Assembly (NCBI GenBank): GCA_051439605.1
Contig: JBFRWN010000089.1
Location: forward strand, 1-31,612
Length of the DNA: 31,612 nucleotides
From: Synechococcus sp.
Lineage (GTDB): Bacteria; Cyanobacteriota; Cyanobacteriia; Thermostichales; PCC-7336
Direction: 5' to 3'
Below are positions 1 through 8,709 of this stretch, in pieces. Both the position numbers and the translations under genes were made by a program. Numbering within the stretch: position 1 is the stretch's first letter; each line of letters opens with the position of its first letter. The notes under the pieces were generated by a model. The model saw nothing but the letters and a program-made list of their open reading frames with translations. It was not told the DNA's origin and made no database searches.

Positions 1-253
1 TGGACTTTGAGATAAACATCCCTTCCTGACAAATCAGGTTTACTTAGCGTCAGGCTTTCCATCTAAGTCCTTCCAGGAAGTTGTACTCAAGCTTCATCAC
101 AACTCGATCGCGGCTGTGACTGTCACGCTCGCAGGACTGCACAGCATGAGTTGTCGCTATAGAGGTTTCCCATTTAGCCAGTATTTATTGGCTCAACACA
201 GAAGATGGCTTAATCGGGGATTGTTGCAACTTTAGGAAAGCTTCTCAAGTTAA

Positions 254-439
254 TGTTCCGTTAGGCTGTTGGAGTGCGTGACGGCGACATGCGATTTGGT
301 GGAGGCTTTTTTTCAGCTGGGGTTGACCGATCGGGGGATGGGGGAATCGGGGTTAGTGAAGAAGGCGATCGGGCGGGCGATTCGCTTGTTTGCGGAGATG
401 GATGCGGGGGGGCAGGTGGCGCGGGTGGAACGGAGTTAG
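254..439 (+). pseudogene. C-terminal remnant of a cyanobacterial TPR-containing (NB-ARC/TPR-type) protein
   Basis: Not in the ORF track. The frame is open from 254 (after TAA 251-253) to TAG 437-439 and reads ...LLECVTATCDLVEAFFQLGLTDRGMGESGLVKKAIGRAIRLFAEMDAGGQVARVERS*. This resembles the CDLAEAYFQLGLT...AIxLFxEMxAPxQVxRV terminus I recall from cyanobacterial TPR proteins. Confidence 0.55.
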
Positions 440-2745
440 GTTTCTGACTTTTTTCGGGCTTTGTAGGCTTTGATTTCGGACATGGGGAGGAAGAGGGTGT
501 CTTTGATTTCTTGGAGGACTTCGCTGCTGACGTTGCAATCGGTGTAGAGGCAGTTGGATAGGAGTTTGTTAGCTTCGTAATAGCTTTCGAGCAATTCGAG
601 GTTGTTAAATTTCCAATCGTGGCAGATATTTCTGATTTTGCGGATCAGACCCAAAAAATCTTCAATCCATTGAAGCCCATTCTCACTAAACCACGCAGCT
701 AGTTCTTCTTTCCTTCCTTTAGGAAATGTGTTCATTAATAGTTCTAGACGCTGAACTTCTACATTATTTGAATCCTTGAGAAGGGTAATAGCCTTGGAAA
801 AGGGATAATTAAATCTATTAGGTACTGCGAATAGTATTAGAGTACTCCCTATGGTGCTATCGTTGGCTATGACACGCTTCATAGAAACAATAAAGTAGAT
901 GATACTGTAAAGGTAATAGTCGATCTCAAACTCAAGCCCAAGCTTGAACTTAGGCAAAATGTCACTAGGATTAGGTTTTTGCATTGTATTGCTAAAAAAT
1001 AATCCTGATTCAATGTTTTGCTCTAGGGCAAAGTAAATTGCTCGACTCGCTATAATATCAGGTGGTTTTGCCGCTGGCTCAGATTTTTGTTTCAACCATA
1101 GAAGAAAATCTTGAATGCCTCGATCTTGAATAATAAGTGAATCAATATTTTCTTTAAGAAGAAGCAGTAATTCGTCTGCACTATTTAATCCATTGGCCGT
1201 CCACAAAACAATTTCTCGCCAAGCTTTATCTGTAATCCTGGAAGTTAGTACCTTATATGAATCAGGCCTGTGTTCGATAATTTGACGTGCTGCAAAATAT
1301 TCTTGCAATGTCAAATGAGAAAAAGAATAGATTCCTCTCGCCCGTTCAACCAATAACCCGTGATGGGCTTCGATCGCTTTGAGCACTGCTTCTCCATCCA
1401 AAGCCAAAGCCTCCGGATCTTCCTTTGCCCCAGGCAAGTTGCGCACGTACTGACAAATTCTGTCTTCCAATCGTTTCTGCTTGAAAAAATATTCCCCCTC
1501 TTCAAAAGCCGATAGAGCCACTTGACTCAATAAATCTTGTTTTCGTTGGGCGGACAGATTTTTATAGATTTCTCCTCGTTCAATATTTCGCTTGGCATCC
1601 CATTTCTTTAACAGGACAGATACCCCTTCGCCATACAGTTCGTATCGATTGGAAGGGAAATCGGTATTGTCTTCAAACAACAGGCATAGCAGTGTCAGCA
1701 GGAGTGGACTTGACGCTAACTCTTTGACGCGCTTGCTCTTATCAATCTTTTCAATAAATTTTTCCGCTTTGGCAGGATTTCGCTCTCCAAACCATTTGCT
1801 GGCAAACTCTTCGATCTGCTTGCGCTCAAAGTCTGCCACCTCAACTTCGGTGAACTTCTCAAACGTGTATTCCTTCGCGGCAATTCGGCAAGTGACTACA
1901 ATAATGCAATTACCCGCTCTGCTAGCAAAGCCCTCAATTTGCTGCAATATGCGACCTGAATCTTCCTTTTTGACCTCGTCCAAACCGTCGAGGAGAACAA
2001 TTGCCGAACCCGTCTCCAAGAGCTTGTCCAATATCTCGTCAGGTTTTGAAACTTTAGATTTGGCAAACTGACCTTCAACGTACTTCGGCAGTGTGGGTAA
2101 ACCTTCTGACTCTGCAAACTCTTTGAGCGTTACAAAGATGGGCACCAGTTCTTTAAACTGTTCTCCCTGATTGCATTGAGTTGCCAAGTACTTCAGAAAT
2201 GTTGTTTTTCCCGCTCCGGGCTTGCCCAACACCATCAAGCGGTTATGGTCCTTTACTGCTTGTAACCCTGGAACTTTCTCTTGCTTAACATCTGCTAGAC
2301 CGAACCTCTCGAATTCCTCGATGCCGCAAGCTTCCATCAGCTGCTTAATGTTTAAGCGTTTTGCTCCGGTAATCTTTTCCAGAATGTTGACTTGGGTGTA
2401 GATTTTCCCCAATCCAATGGGTTGAGTCATGTCCAGCACGCGCATGGTGCCGCAGCGGTAGTTGATGTCTTGGTAGACTTTGGCGCGGACTTCTTTGACT
2501 AAGGCTGAAATATCAGCTTCTTCTTCATAACCATCGATTATCTGCTCAACTTTAAGACCTAGGACATCGCATAAACCAACAAAATTTTCTGATTTCACTG
2601 GCTTTCCATTCATAAAATTTGAGACGGACCAGCGCGAGACTTCTGCGCGGATTGCAAGCTTTTCCTGGCTTATGCCAAGTCGTTTAAAAGCTTCTCTCGC
2701 TAGTTTCACTCCGTCTTGAGAAGCTTGCAACGAACGCCCCGACAT
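436..2745 (-). CDS. XRE-type HTH + NACHT NTPase (NLR-like STAND protein) with C-terminal helical domain
   Basis: N-terminal HTH (GISQEKLAIRAEVSRWSVSNFMNGKPV), Walker A GKPGAGKT, Walker B VLLDGLDE, VTCR sensor, PLLL motif, winged-helix FSHLTLQEYFAA, and a C-terminal HDWKF...YYEANKLL motif of the cyanobacterial NACHT C-terminal helical domain. Confidence 0.92.
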   Translation of the reverse strand: MSGRSLQASQDGVKLAREAFKRLGISQEKLAIRAEVSRWSVSNFMNGKPVKSENFVGLCDVLGLKVEQIIDGYEEEADISALVKEVRAKVYQDINYRCGTMRVLDMTQPIGLGKIYTQVNILEKITGAKRLNIKQLMEACGIEEFERFGLADVKQEKVPGLQAVKDHNRLMVLGKPGAGKTTFLKYLATQCNQGEQFKELVPIFVTLKEFAESEGLPTLPKYVEGQFAKSKVSKPDEILDKLLETGSAIVLLDGLDEVKKEDSGRILQQIEGFASRAGNCIIVVTCRIAAKEYTFEKFTEVEVADFERKQIEEFASKWFGERNPAKAEKFIEKIDKSKRVKELASSPLLLTLLCLLFEDNTDFPSNRYELYGEGVSVLLKKWDAKRNIERGEIYKNLSAQRKQDLLSQVALSAFEEGEYFFKQKRLEDRICQYVRNLPGAKEDPEALALDGEAVLKAIEAHHGLLVERARGIYSFSHLTLQEYFAARQIIEHRPDSYKVLTSRITDKAWREIVLWTANGLNSADELLLLLKENIDSLIIQDRGIQDFLLWLKQKSEPAAKPPDIIASRAIYFALEQNIESGLFFSNTMQKPNPSDILPKFKLGLEFEIDYYLYSIIYFIVSMKRVIANDSTIGSTLILFAVPNRFNYPFSKAITLLKDSNNVEVQRLELLMNTFPKGRKEELAAWFSENGLQWIEDFLGLIRKIRNICHDWKFNNLELLESYYEANKLLSNCLYTDCNVSSEVLQEIKDTLFLPMSEIKAYKARKKSET

Positions 2746-2807
2746 ACTTTCAAACGGAATTCAATAGCCCCAATCTACCTTCTAAACAGAGATGTCTGGC
2801 AATACAA

Positions 2808-2832
2808 ACAAAAGTCACACAAAAGTCACACA
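2808..2832. repeat. Tandem 11-bp direct repeat ACAAAAGTCAC x2 (+ACA), candidate operator
   Basis: Exact copies at 2808-2818 and 2819-2829 in the divergent region between the NACHT gene and the small ORFs. Confidence 0.6.
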
Positions 2833-2894
2833 TTGCAGCTGCCACAGCCACACGGAGTCTCTGTCACCTTAGGACATACGGAACGGAAAACCTC

Positions 2895-2987
2895 ATGAAA
2901 AACCTTCTTTTCATCATCTTGTATGCCCTCATTTCCTGGGCGACGAGGAAAATAGCCAACTACCTCTGGCAAACGATTCGGAAATAG
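2895..2987 (+). CDS. Putative 30-aa hydrophobic/cationic membrane peptide MKNLLFIILYALISWATRKIANYLWQTIRK
   Basis: ATG 2895 to TAG 2985-2987 read by hand; hydrophobic N-half and basic amphipathic C-half; weak RBS. Confidence 0.45.
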   Translation: MKNLLFIILYALISWATRKIANYLWQTIRK

Positions 2988-3046
2988 AAGAAATAGTTTC
3001 CGACTCTTCATTTGCATCCTAAAACCCCGATCGCAGGAGCATCCCC

Positions 3047-3187
3047 ATGCAACCCATCCAAACAACCCCACCCGCCCCAACTCCAGACTTCCCAATCCCC
3101 CCTATACCAGCCCCTCAATCTTCCGACCTTCCCGTTGTCCTAGCCTTCGTCCTGCTCGCCAAAATCCTCTTCAATGGCAAAAACTAA
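3047..3187 (+). CDS. Putative 46-aa Pro-rich peptide with C-terminal hydrophobic segment
   Basis: AGGAG at 3035-3039, ATG 3047, TAA 3185-3187; MQPIQTTPPAPTPDFPIPPIPAPQSSDLPVVLAFVLLAKILFNGKN. Confidence 0.55.
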   Translation: MQPIQTTPPAPTPDFPIPPIPAPQSSDLPVVLAFVLLAKILFNGKN

Positions 3188-3249
3188 CCCCCCAATCGTG
3201 CCCTCTACAGTTCAAGAGCCAACGGTGCGATTCCCAACCGCCATCGCTC

Positions 3250-3726
3250 TCAAACTTGCACGGTCAACACCGAACAGGAGGTGTGCCATGTCACGTAATT
3301 GCTCGCACTGCCCAGAGCCTTCCCCGCCCTACCCCCCGATCCATGTCGGCCCATAACGATTAAATCTGCGTTCCACTGGCTCGCCAACCAACAGATAGTC
3401 CTGCCCACGTCCCCCAACGTTTGACGAATCTCAGACTCAATCCCCTGTTCCCGAGCGCGATCGGCATAGGTTTGCAACAGTTTGAGGCTGTTCTGCTCGT
3501 CCGCTTGCAATTGCTCTAGGTACCGCTCTCTGGCCGCTGCATGCTCGGGAGACTCTAACGCTTCGGGCAATGAATAGGTTTCTTCAGAAAGGGGATCGGT
3601 TAGGGGGGATAGAATGTGTACCAACAAAAATTTTGATTGATTCGTACTGGCCACCGAGAGAGCTTGCTCGAACACTACGTTGCTACTGTCAGAGTGGTCC
3701 AAGGCCACCAAAATTTTTTGAAACAC
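3250..3726 (-). CDS. Universal stress protein (UspA family)
   Basis: FQKILVALDHS N-terminus and ADLIVMGRHG...LGSASNYVTWHTSCSVLTV motif; start placed at GTG 3726 behind GGAG (ORF track start 3753). Confidence 0.93.
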   Translation of the reverse strand: MFQKILVALDHSDSSNVVFEQALSVASTNQSKFLLVHILSPLTDPLSEETYSLPEALESPEHAAARERYLEQLQADEQNSLKLLQTYADRAREQGIESEIRQTLGDVGRTICWLASQWNADLIVMGRHGSGGRAGKALGSASNYVTWHTSCSVLTVQV

Positions 3727-3906
3727 TCTCGTTGGCTCCAAGAGAAGAGGCACTTTACTAAGCTAAGCGCTACCGCAGGCAAATGCTGGGAAAAAAGACA
3801 AAAAAACAGACTAGCCCCGGATTGAAGTCGACCAGCAGAACTGGGTGCGCTGTCGAGTTACCGATCGCCTATTGTCGAGTCAGAAGCAGCGAGGTCCGCA
3901 CGAACA

Positions 3907-4914
3907 GTGAACCAGTCCGACATTGCGCTATTTGCCCTGAATGCCACGCATGAGTTTGGCGAAAAAGTCAGCCAAGCACTGGCACTTCCCTTAAGCCAGC
4001 ACGAAGAACGGGAATTTGAAGCAGGCGAACACAAGGCCCGACCGCTGGTCAACGTTCGCAACAAAGATGTCTACGTGATTCAGTCACTGCACGGCGATGC
4101 TAATCACAGTGCTAACGACAAGCTCTGTCGGCTGTTGTTTTTTATCGGCGCCCTCAAAGACGCCGCGGCCGCTCGCGTCACCGTGTTCGCTCCCTATTTG
4201 TGCTACTCCCGCAAAGACCGAAAAACCAAGTCCCGCGACCCCGTCACCACCCGCTATGTGGCAGCCCTATTCGAAGCCGTCGGCTGCGATCGCTTCGTTA
4301 CCCTAGATGTGCACAATCTCGCTGCCTTTCAGAATGCCTTCCGCTGTCGCACCGAACATCTAGAAGCCAAAACCCTCTTCGTGCGTCATTTCGTACCGCT
4401 CGTGGGGGAGAGTCAAGTGGCCGTTGTGTCGCCGGATGTGGGGGGAGCCAAACGGGCGGAACAGTTTCGACAGGCTCTCAGCCGCGCCCTCGACCAGGAG
4501 ATTTCCACTGCTTTTGTAGAGAAGTATCGCAGTTCTGGGGTGGTGTCCGGTCAAGCGATTGTGGGGGATGTGCAAGCACGAGTGGCTATTATCATCGACG
4601 ACATGATTTGCGGCGGTACCACCATGGCAAGGGCTGCCGAAGCCTGTCGCAGCAAGGGGGCCATTCGGGTGTATGTCGCCGCTTCTCACGGTCTGTTTAC
4701 CGAAAAGGCCAATCGAGTTCTGGCCACACCGGCCCTCGATCGGATCGCGATCGCCGACTGTATTACCCCGTTTCGGCTGACCTCGCCGGAGGTGCTATCC
4801 AAGCTGGATGCGATCCCAACGGCGCCGTTGGTAGCCGAGGCCATTCGTCGCATGCACGAGGGTGGCTCGTTCGTGGATCTGTTGGACCCTCCCTTCTCTA
4901 GCAGTGTCAGCTAA
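3907..4914 (+). CDS. prs: Ribose-phosphate pyrophosphokinase (Prs family, divergent paralogue)
   Basis: [28 protein letters not shown] and PRPP-binding [12 protein letters not shown] motifs, plus ASHGLF. Confidence 0.88.
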   Translation: MNQSDIALFALNATHEFGEKVSQALALPLSQHEEREFEAGEHKARPLVNVRNKDVYVIQSLHGDANHSANDKLCRLLFFIGALKDAAAARVTVFAPYLCYSRKDRKTKSRDPVTTRYVAALFEAVGCDRFVTLDVHNLAAFQNAFRCRTEHLEAKTLFVRHFVPLVGESQVAVVSPDVGGAKRAEQFRQALSRALDQEISTAFVEKYRSSGVVSGQAIVGDVQARVAIIIDDMICGGTTMARAAEACRSKGAIRVYVAASHGLFTEKANRVLATPALDRIAIADCITPFRLTSPEVLSKLDAIPTAPLVAEAIRRMHEGGSFVDLLDPPFSSSVS

Positions 4915-5962
4915 CGCGATCGCTCGCCTCGGGCAGAGGAAGGTGCTGTTCGGCTAGATCGAGATAGCGCACGGCCAGATCGAACCAGGTTTTGGTATCC
5001 CCTTTTCCGGGTTCTCGCGTATGCCAGATGGCAATTTTGGCCCGCAAGTAAGCTCGGTAACTCTTGTAGAACTCCACAAGCAAGATGGGTGGCCGATCGC
5101 CAGTTGTGCTGGAGTAGGTATCCATGACGAGAGGCCCAATCCAAGCTGCCCCCAGTCGTTCGCATTCCAATGCCAGAAATGCCAGTTCGTCCACGGGATC
5201 GAGAATGCGAAACTCCCGCTTGAATTCCAGACAATCGATAATGGTTGGCTGGGGTTTTAGGCAGATGTGCTCGGGACGAAGATCGCCGTGACCCTCAATA
5301 ATTCGGCCCAATTGGACACGGCGATCGAGCTGTTCCGACTGACCATCGAGAAACGCCAGTTGTCCGGCAGCGATGGCTCGCACCCGATCTTCCGGCAGGT
5401 CGTAGGCAGGATCGAGAAGTACGTTCGAGGTGGCGTTGACATCTTGGCGTAAGCGATCGCGATAGGCAGAAGTGCTGAGGGCCACGGGAGGCAACTGCTG
5501 GTAAAACCGCGCCAGGAAGCGGGCAATGTCGCGAACCTCTTCCTTCTGAACGGTTTGATGCTGAATGCCCCAGTCCAGCATGCACTGCCACGGCAATCGG
5601 CGCATCTTCACCAGCCAATCTACAGTTCGACCTGTATCCGTCAGAGTCAGGCTGTCGTGCTCATCGAGGGCCAACGGTACGATGTCGAGGTAGACATCAG
5701 GAGCGAGTCTGCGATTGAGGCGCAGTTCGGCTTCGCAATCTCTGAGCCTAGCCTCCACAGTGCTGAAATCCAAAAACTCGTAGCGTACGGGCTTCTTCAG
5801 CTTGTAGGCGAAATGGTCTGTCAAAAAGACCCAGGACATGTGGGTTTCGATCGCTTCTACGGTTTGGGGACGGTCAGCATAATTGGTCGGTTGGCTGAGG
5901 AACCTCACCTTGTGTTCTGTCGCTGAGTCAGAATTTCTGGATTCAAATTCGCCCATGGCCAT
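4907..5962 (-). CDS. Aminoglycoside phosphotransferase-like kinase (N-terminal module of the Rv2004c-type family, no P-loop domain)
   Basis: [39 protein letters not shown] (catalytic loop) and IIDCLEF motifs. Confidence 0.85.
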   Translation of the reverse strand: MAMGEFESRNSDSATEHKVRFLSQPTNYADRPQTVEAIETHMSWVFLTDHFAYKLKKPVRYEFLDFSTVEARLRDCEAELRLNRRLAPDVYLDIVPLALDEHDSLTLTDTGRTVDWLVKMRRLPWQCMLDWGIQHQTVQKEEVRDIARFLARFYQQLPPVALSTSAYRDRLRQDVNATSNVLLDPAYDLPEDRVRAIAAGQLAFLDGQSEQLDRRVQLGRIIEGHGDLRPEHICLKPQPTIIDCLEFKREFRILDPVDELAFLALECERLGAAWIGPLVMDTYSSTTGDRPPILLVEFYKSYRAYLRAKIAIWHTREPGKGDTKTWFDLAVRYLDLAEQHLPLPEASDRVS

Positions 5963-6201
5963 AAGACGGTGTCTCGCTTGTGCCGCGATCGCCTGCCTTT
6001 GTTATATCCGCCAATCGAGGCAATGCTAGCGCGTAACAACGGTCGATCGCTGTCTATCTCTGACCGTAAATAGTGAGAACTATTCAATTGGCTATTCTGT
6101 AGATTTTTACCCACAAGCTTGAGTGGAATTCAAACATTCAGAATGCTGGGTTTACATGCAGCTTGCGACAGTGTCCATTCCCTGCAGAACGAGCGCAAAA
6201 A

Positions 6202-6210
6202 TGCTATTAT
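6202..6210 (+). promoter_or_regulatory. Extended -10 promoter element TG-C-TATTAT
   Basis: TGCTATTAT lies 6-7 nt upstream of the start of a long predicted helix at 6216-6217. Confidence 0.5.
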
Positions 6211-6215
6211 ATAGA

Positions 6216-6429
6216 TGGAAGCGGAGGTAGCTTCCCCCACCACGGCGGGTAGTGGCAAGGCTCAAATGAAGGGCTAAGCCAACCAGGATCTGGGATGATT
6301 CAACCGCGTGAGGAAGTGGGCTTCGGTTCCAGACGGTTTGATTCTGCGAAGGAGGTTAAGCCCGTTGACAATTTATTTCTCATCCAGTTAGCGAGCGATC
6401 GGATTTCGACGATGGCTCGCTAATTTATT
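6216..6429 (+). ncRNA. Candidate structured non-coding RNA of unknown family
   Basis: GC-rich patch in an AT-rich intergenic region; nested helices 6216-6226/6321-6331, 6230-6235/6312-6317 and 6241-6248/6304-6310; internal hairpins; GCGA tetraloop hairpin at 6333-6365; flanked by a promoter-like element and a terminator-like hairpin. Confidence 0.5.
6388..6429 (+). terminator. Terminator-like hairpin
   Basis: TTAGCGAGC (6388-6396) pairs with GCTCGCTAA (6415-6423), ATCG pairs with CGAT inside, followed by TTTATT. Confidence 0.5.
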
Positions 6430-6684
6430 GCAACTACCACCACATCAATCGTGTGACGAGTGTTCGCGAATTGTTGTTGAAATGATGTCTGGACAGTGCT
6501 CCAATATTCTTGAAAAACTTTTAGTTACTCTTTTGAGATTTATGAATCTTCTGTGGTTTACTGATCGATCTCTGTTAACACCAGCCTGTTGATTAGAAGG
6601 TTGGTAACGTACTTATGCTTTCTGGACTTACACAATAAATTGTCACCTTAAAATAAAGATAGAGTTTCGATAGCTAAAAGTCTG

Positions 6685-7113
6685 GTGGCTGATTTACATC
6701 CCACAGTTTGTGATGGCTTTGAAGAAGTCGAGCATACGGCAGAGTGGGCCTACCGGGTGTGGGGGGCGAGTTTAGAAGAGCTATTCGTTCGTGCCGCTGC
6801 AGGGCTTTATTCGCTTGCGGGCGTTGAGTTGGAGAATTCTCCCCACGTCGATCGCGAGATTCATTTGGATGGGATCGACCGTATTAGCTTGCTAGTGGCT
6901 TGGTTGAACGAGCTGCTGTTTCTGTTCGAGAGCGAGGGGTTAGCCTTCGATCGCTTTGAGATTTTGCAGTTGGATGGTGGCTTGCTGCGGGCCCGAGTCA
7001 GTGGTGCCCCTGTAAAGGAGTGGATGAAACACATCAAGGCGGCAACCTACAGCAACCTATCGATCCGCCAGACGGATGCGGGAGTTGAAGCGACAGTCGT
7101 TCTCGACGTTTAA
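6685..7113 (+). CDS. Archease (RtcB activator)
   Basis: EEVEHTAE, G-x-SLEELF, LLVAWLNELLF, IKAATY and C-terminal VVLDV; directly upstream of rtcB. Confidence 0.92.
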   Translation: MADLHPTVCDGFEEVEHTAEWAYRVWGASLEELFVRAAAGLYSLAGVELENSPHVDREIHLDGIDRISLLVAWLNELLFLFESEGLAFDRFEILQLDGGLLRARVSGAPVKEWMKHIKAATYSNLSIRQTDAGVEATVVLDV

Positions 7114-7182
7114 GGCGGGATCGATGGCGTTCTGAGGCATGAAGATACCGCTGGGCAGTTTTCGAAACCCATCGTATTTTGG

Positions 7183-7198
7183 GCGATCGCGCGATCGC
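7183..7198. repeat. Tandem HIP1 octamers (GCGATCGC x2), representative of many HIP1 sites in the window
   Basis: GCGATCGCGCGATCGC just before the rtcB ATG; single copies throughout, e.g. 4916-4923. Confidence 0.85.
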
Positions 7199-7205
7199 TG
7201 GGGCC

Positions 7206-8657
7206 ATGGTCAGCAAACAGGACTTCCGCCACATTGATACCTATGTTTGGGAGATTCCCACGTCCTTTCACTCCGATATGAACATCCCCGTCTGGATCTT
7301 TGCAGATGAGGAATTGCTGGAAGACGCATTAGGGGATCTATCCGTACAGCAGGCGGTGAATGTGGCTTGCTTGCCGGGCTTAGTGGGGCATGTGGCAGTG
7401 ATGCCGGACGTCCACCAAGGATACGGCATGCCGATTGGTGGTGTGATGGCGGCACGAGTGCCGGATGGAATTATTTCTCCGGGGGCAGTGGGATACGACA
7501 TCAACTGTGGTGTCCGGGTGTTGGCTTCTGACATCGACTACGAGTCTGCCAAGCCCTATATGGCCGACTTGGCAACGGTGCTGTACGCGAACTGTCCCAG
7601 CGGGGTAGGGAGAGGGGGGAAAATCCACCTGTCTACGGGCGAATTAGACCGAGTCTGTCAGAAAGGAGCACAGTGGGCCAAAGAACAAGGCTACGCCGAA
7701 CCAGAGGATTTAGAACGCACGGAAGAGTTTGGTTGTATTGCAGGTGCCGACCCCGAATCGACCAGCGAGCGGGCAAAACAGCGGGGCAAAAAGCAACTGG
7801 GCACGCTGGGGGCGGGCAATCACTTTTTGGAAGTGGATGTTGTGAAATTCATCTACAACCGCGAAGCTGCCGACGTTATGGGATTGTCAGAAGGCTGTTT
7901 GGCAGTCCAGATTCACTGCGGGTCGCGGGGATTCGGCCATCAGGTCTGCACCGACTACGTACACGATTTTCAGTGGGCGGTGCAGCGCTACGGTATCCAC
8001 CTGCCCGATCGCGAGCTGGTTTGCGCTCCCATTAACTCGCCGGAAGGTGAAGCCTATCTGGGGGGCATGAGGTCGGCGGCCAATTTTGCCTTTGCCAACC
8101 GGCAGGTTTTGGCCCATCGCGCTCGCGAAAGTTTCCAGAAGATTTTCGGAACGCAAGCGGGGGCGCATCCACTGCGGCAGGTTTACGACATTGCCCACAA
8201 CATGGCCAAGATGGAAACCCATAATATCGACGGTCAAGAGAGAGAGGTTTGCGTGCACCGCAAGGGGGCAACGCGGGCATTCGGACCGGGGTTTTCCGGG
8301 TTGCCCCCCGAGTATCGCCCCCTCGGTCAACCTGTGCTGGTGCCCGGTTCGATGGGGACCGAGAGTTGGATTTTGCTGGGGACGGCGGAGAACGATCGCC
8401 TGTCGTTTGGCTCTAGCTGTCACGGGGCCGGACGGGTGATGAGTCGGCGGAGGGCGAAGCGGACGATCCGGGGGGACGCTCTGCGGGATGAACTAGAGCA
8501 CGAGGGCATTTGCGTGCGTGCGGGGTCGATGCCGGGATTGGCGGAAGAAGCCCCCAAGGTTTACAAGGACGTCAGCCGCGTGGTGCAGACGGTGAGCAAG
8601 GCAGGGATAGCCCGTAAGGTCGCGATGCTGCAGCCGGTGGCAGTGGTTAAGGGTTAG
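7206..8657 (+). CDS. rtcB: RNA ligase RtcB (3'-phosphate/5'-OH ligase)
   Basis: [53 protein letters not shown] and SCHGAGR are all intact; ATG 7206 preferred over TTG 7179. Confidence 0.97.
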   Translation: MVSKQDFRHIDTYVWEIPTSFHSDMNIPVWIFADEELLEDALGDLSVQQAVNVACLPGLVGHVAVMPDVHQGYGMPIGGVMAARVPDGIISPGAVGYDINCGVRVLASDIDYESAKPYMADLATVLYANCPSGVGRGGKIHLSTGELDRVCQKGAQWAKEQGYAEPEDLERTEEFGCIAGADPESTSERAKQRGKKQLGTLGAGNHFLEVDVVKFIYNREAADVMGLSEGCLAVQIHCGSRGFGHQVCTDYVHDFQWAVQRYGIHLPDRELVCAPINSPEGEAYLGGMRSAANFAFANRQVLAHRARESFQKIFGTQAGAHPLRQVYDIAHNMAKMETHNIDGQEREVCVHRKGATRAFGPGFSGLPPEYRPLGQPVLVPGSMGTESWILLGTAENDRLSFGSSCHGAGRVMSRRRAKRTIRGDALRDELEHEGICVRAGSMPGLAEEAPKVYKDVSRVVQTVSKAGIARKVAMLQPVAVVKG

Positions 8658-8709
8658 TTCTTCGGGGTCGATTGCTTGCAAGAGGTGAGCGTTTGGAGGT
8701 TCGCGTGTT

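Noticed and set aside
3782..6150. Shared 9-mer AATGCTGGG in two divergent promoter regions (3782-3790, 6142-6150) and TGTCGAGT x2 (3851, 3873)
   Set aside because: Too short and too few copies to distinguish from chance without comparative data
6215..6277. 20-codon ORF MEAEVASPTTAGSGKAQMKG
   Set aside because: No RBS, buried in predicted helices and no recognisable features
6216..6331. Identification as tRNA-Sec, SRP RNA, Y RNA, hammerhead or pistol ribozyme
   Set aside because: No T-loop or cloverleaf, no SRP GGAA/AGCAG motif, no clear Ro-binding helix and no complete ribozyme core
6388..6423. TTAGC...GCTAA inverted repeat as a CIRCE (HrcA) operator
   Set aside because: Inner bases and spacing (18 nt) do not match TTAGCACTC-N9-GAGTGCTAA; it reads better as an RNA hairpin
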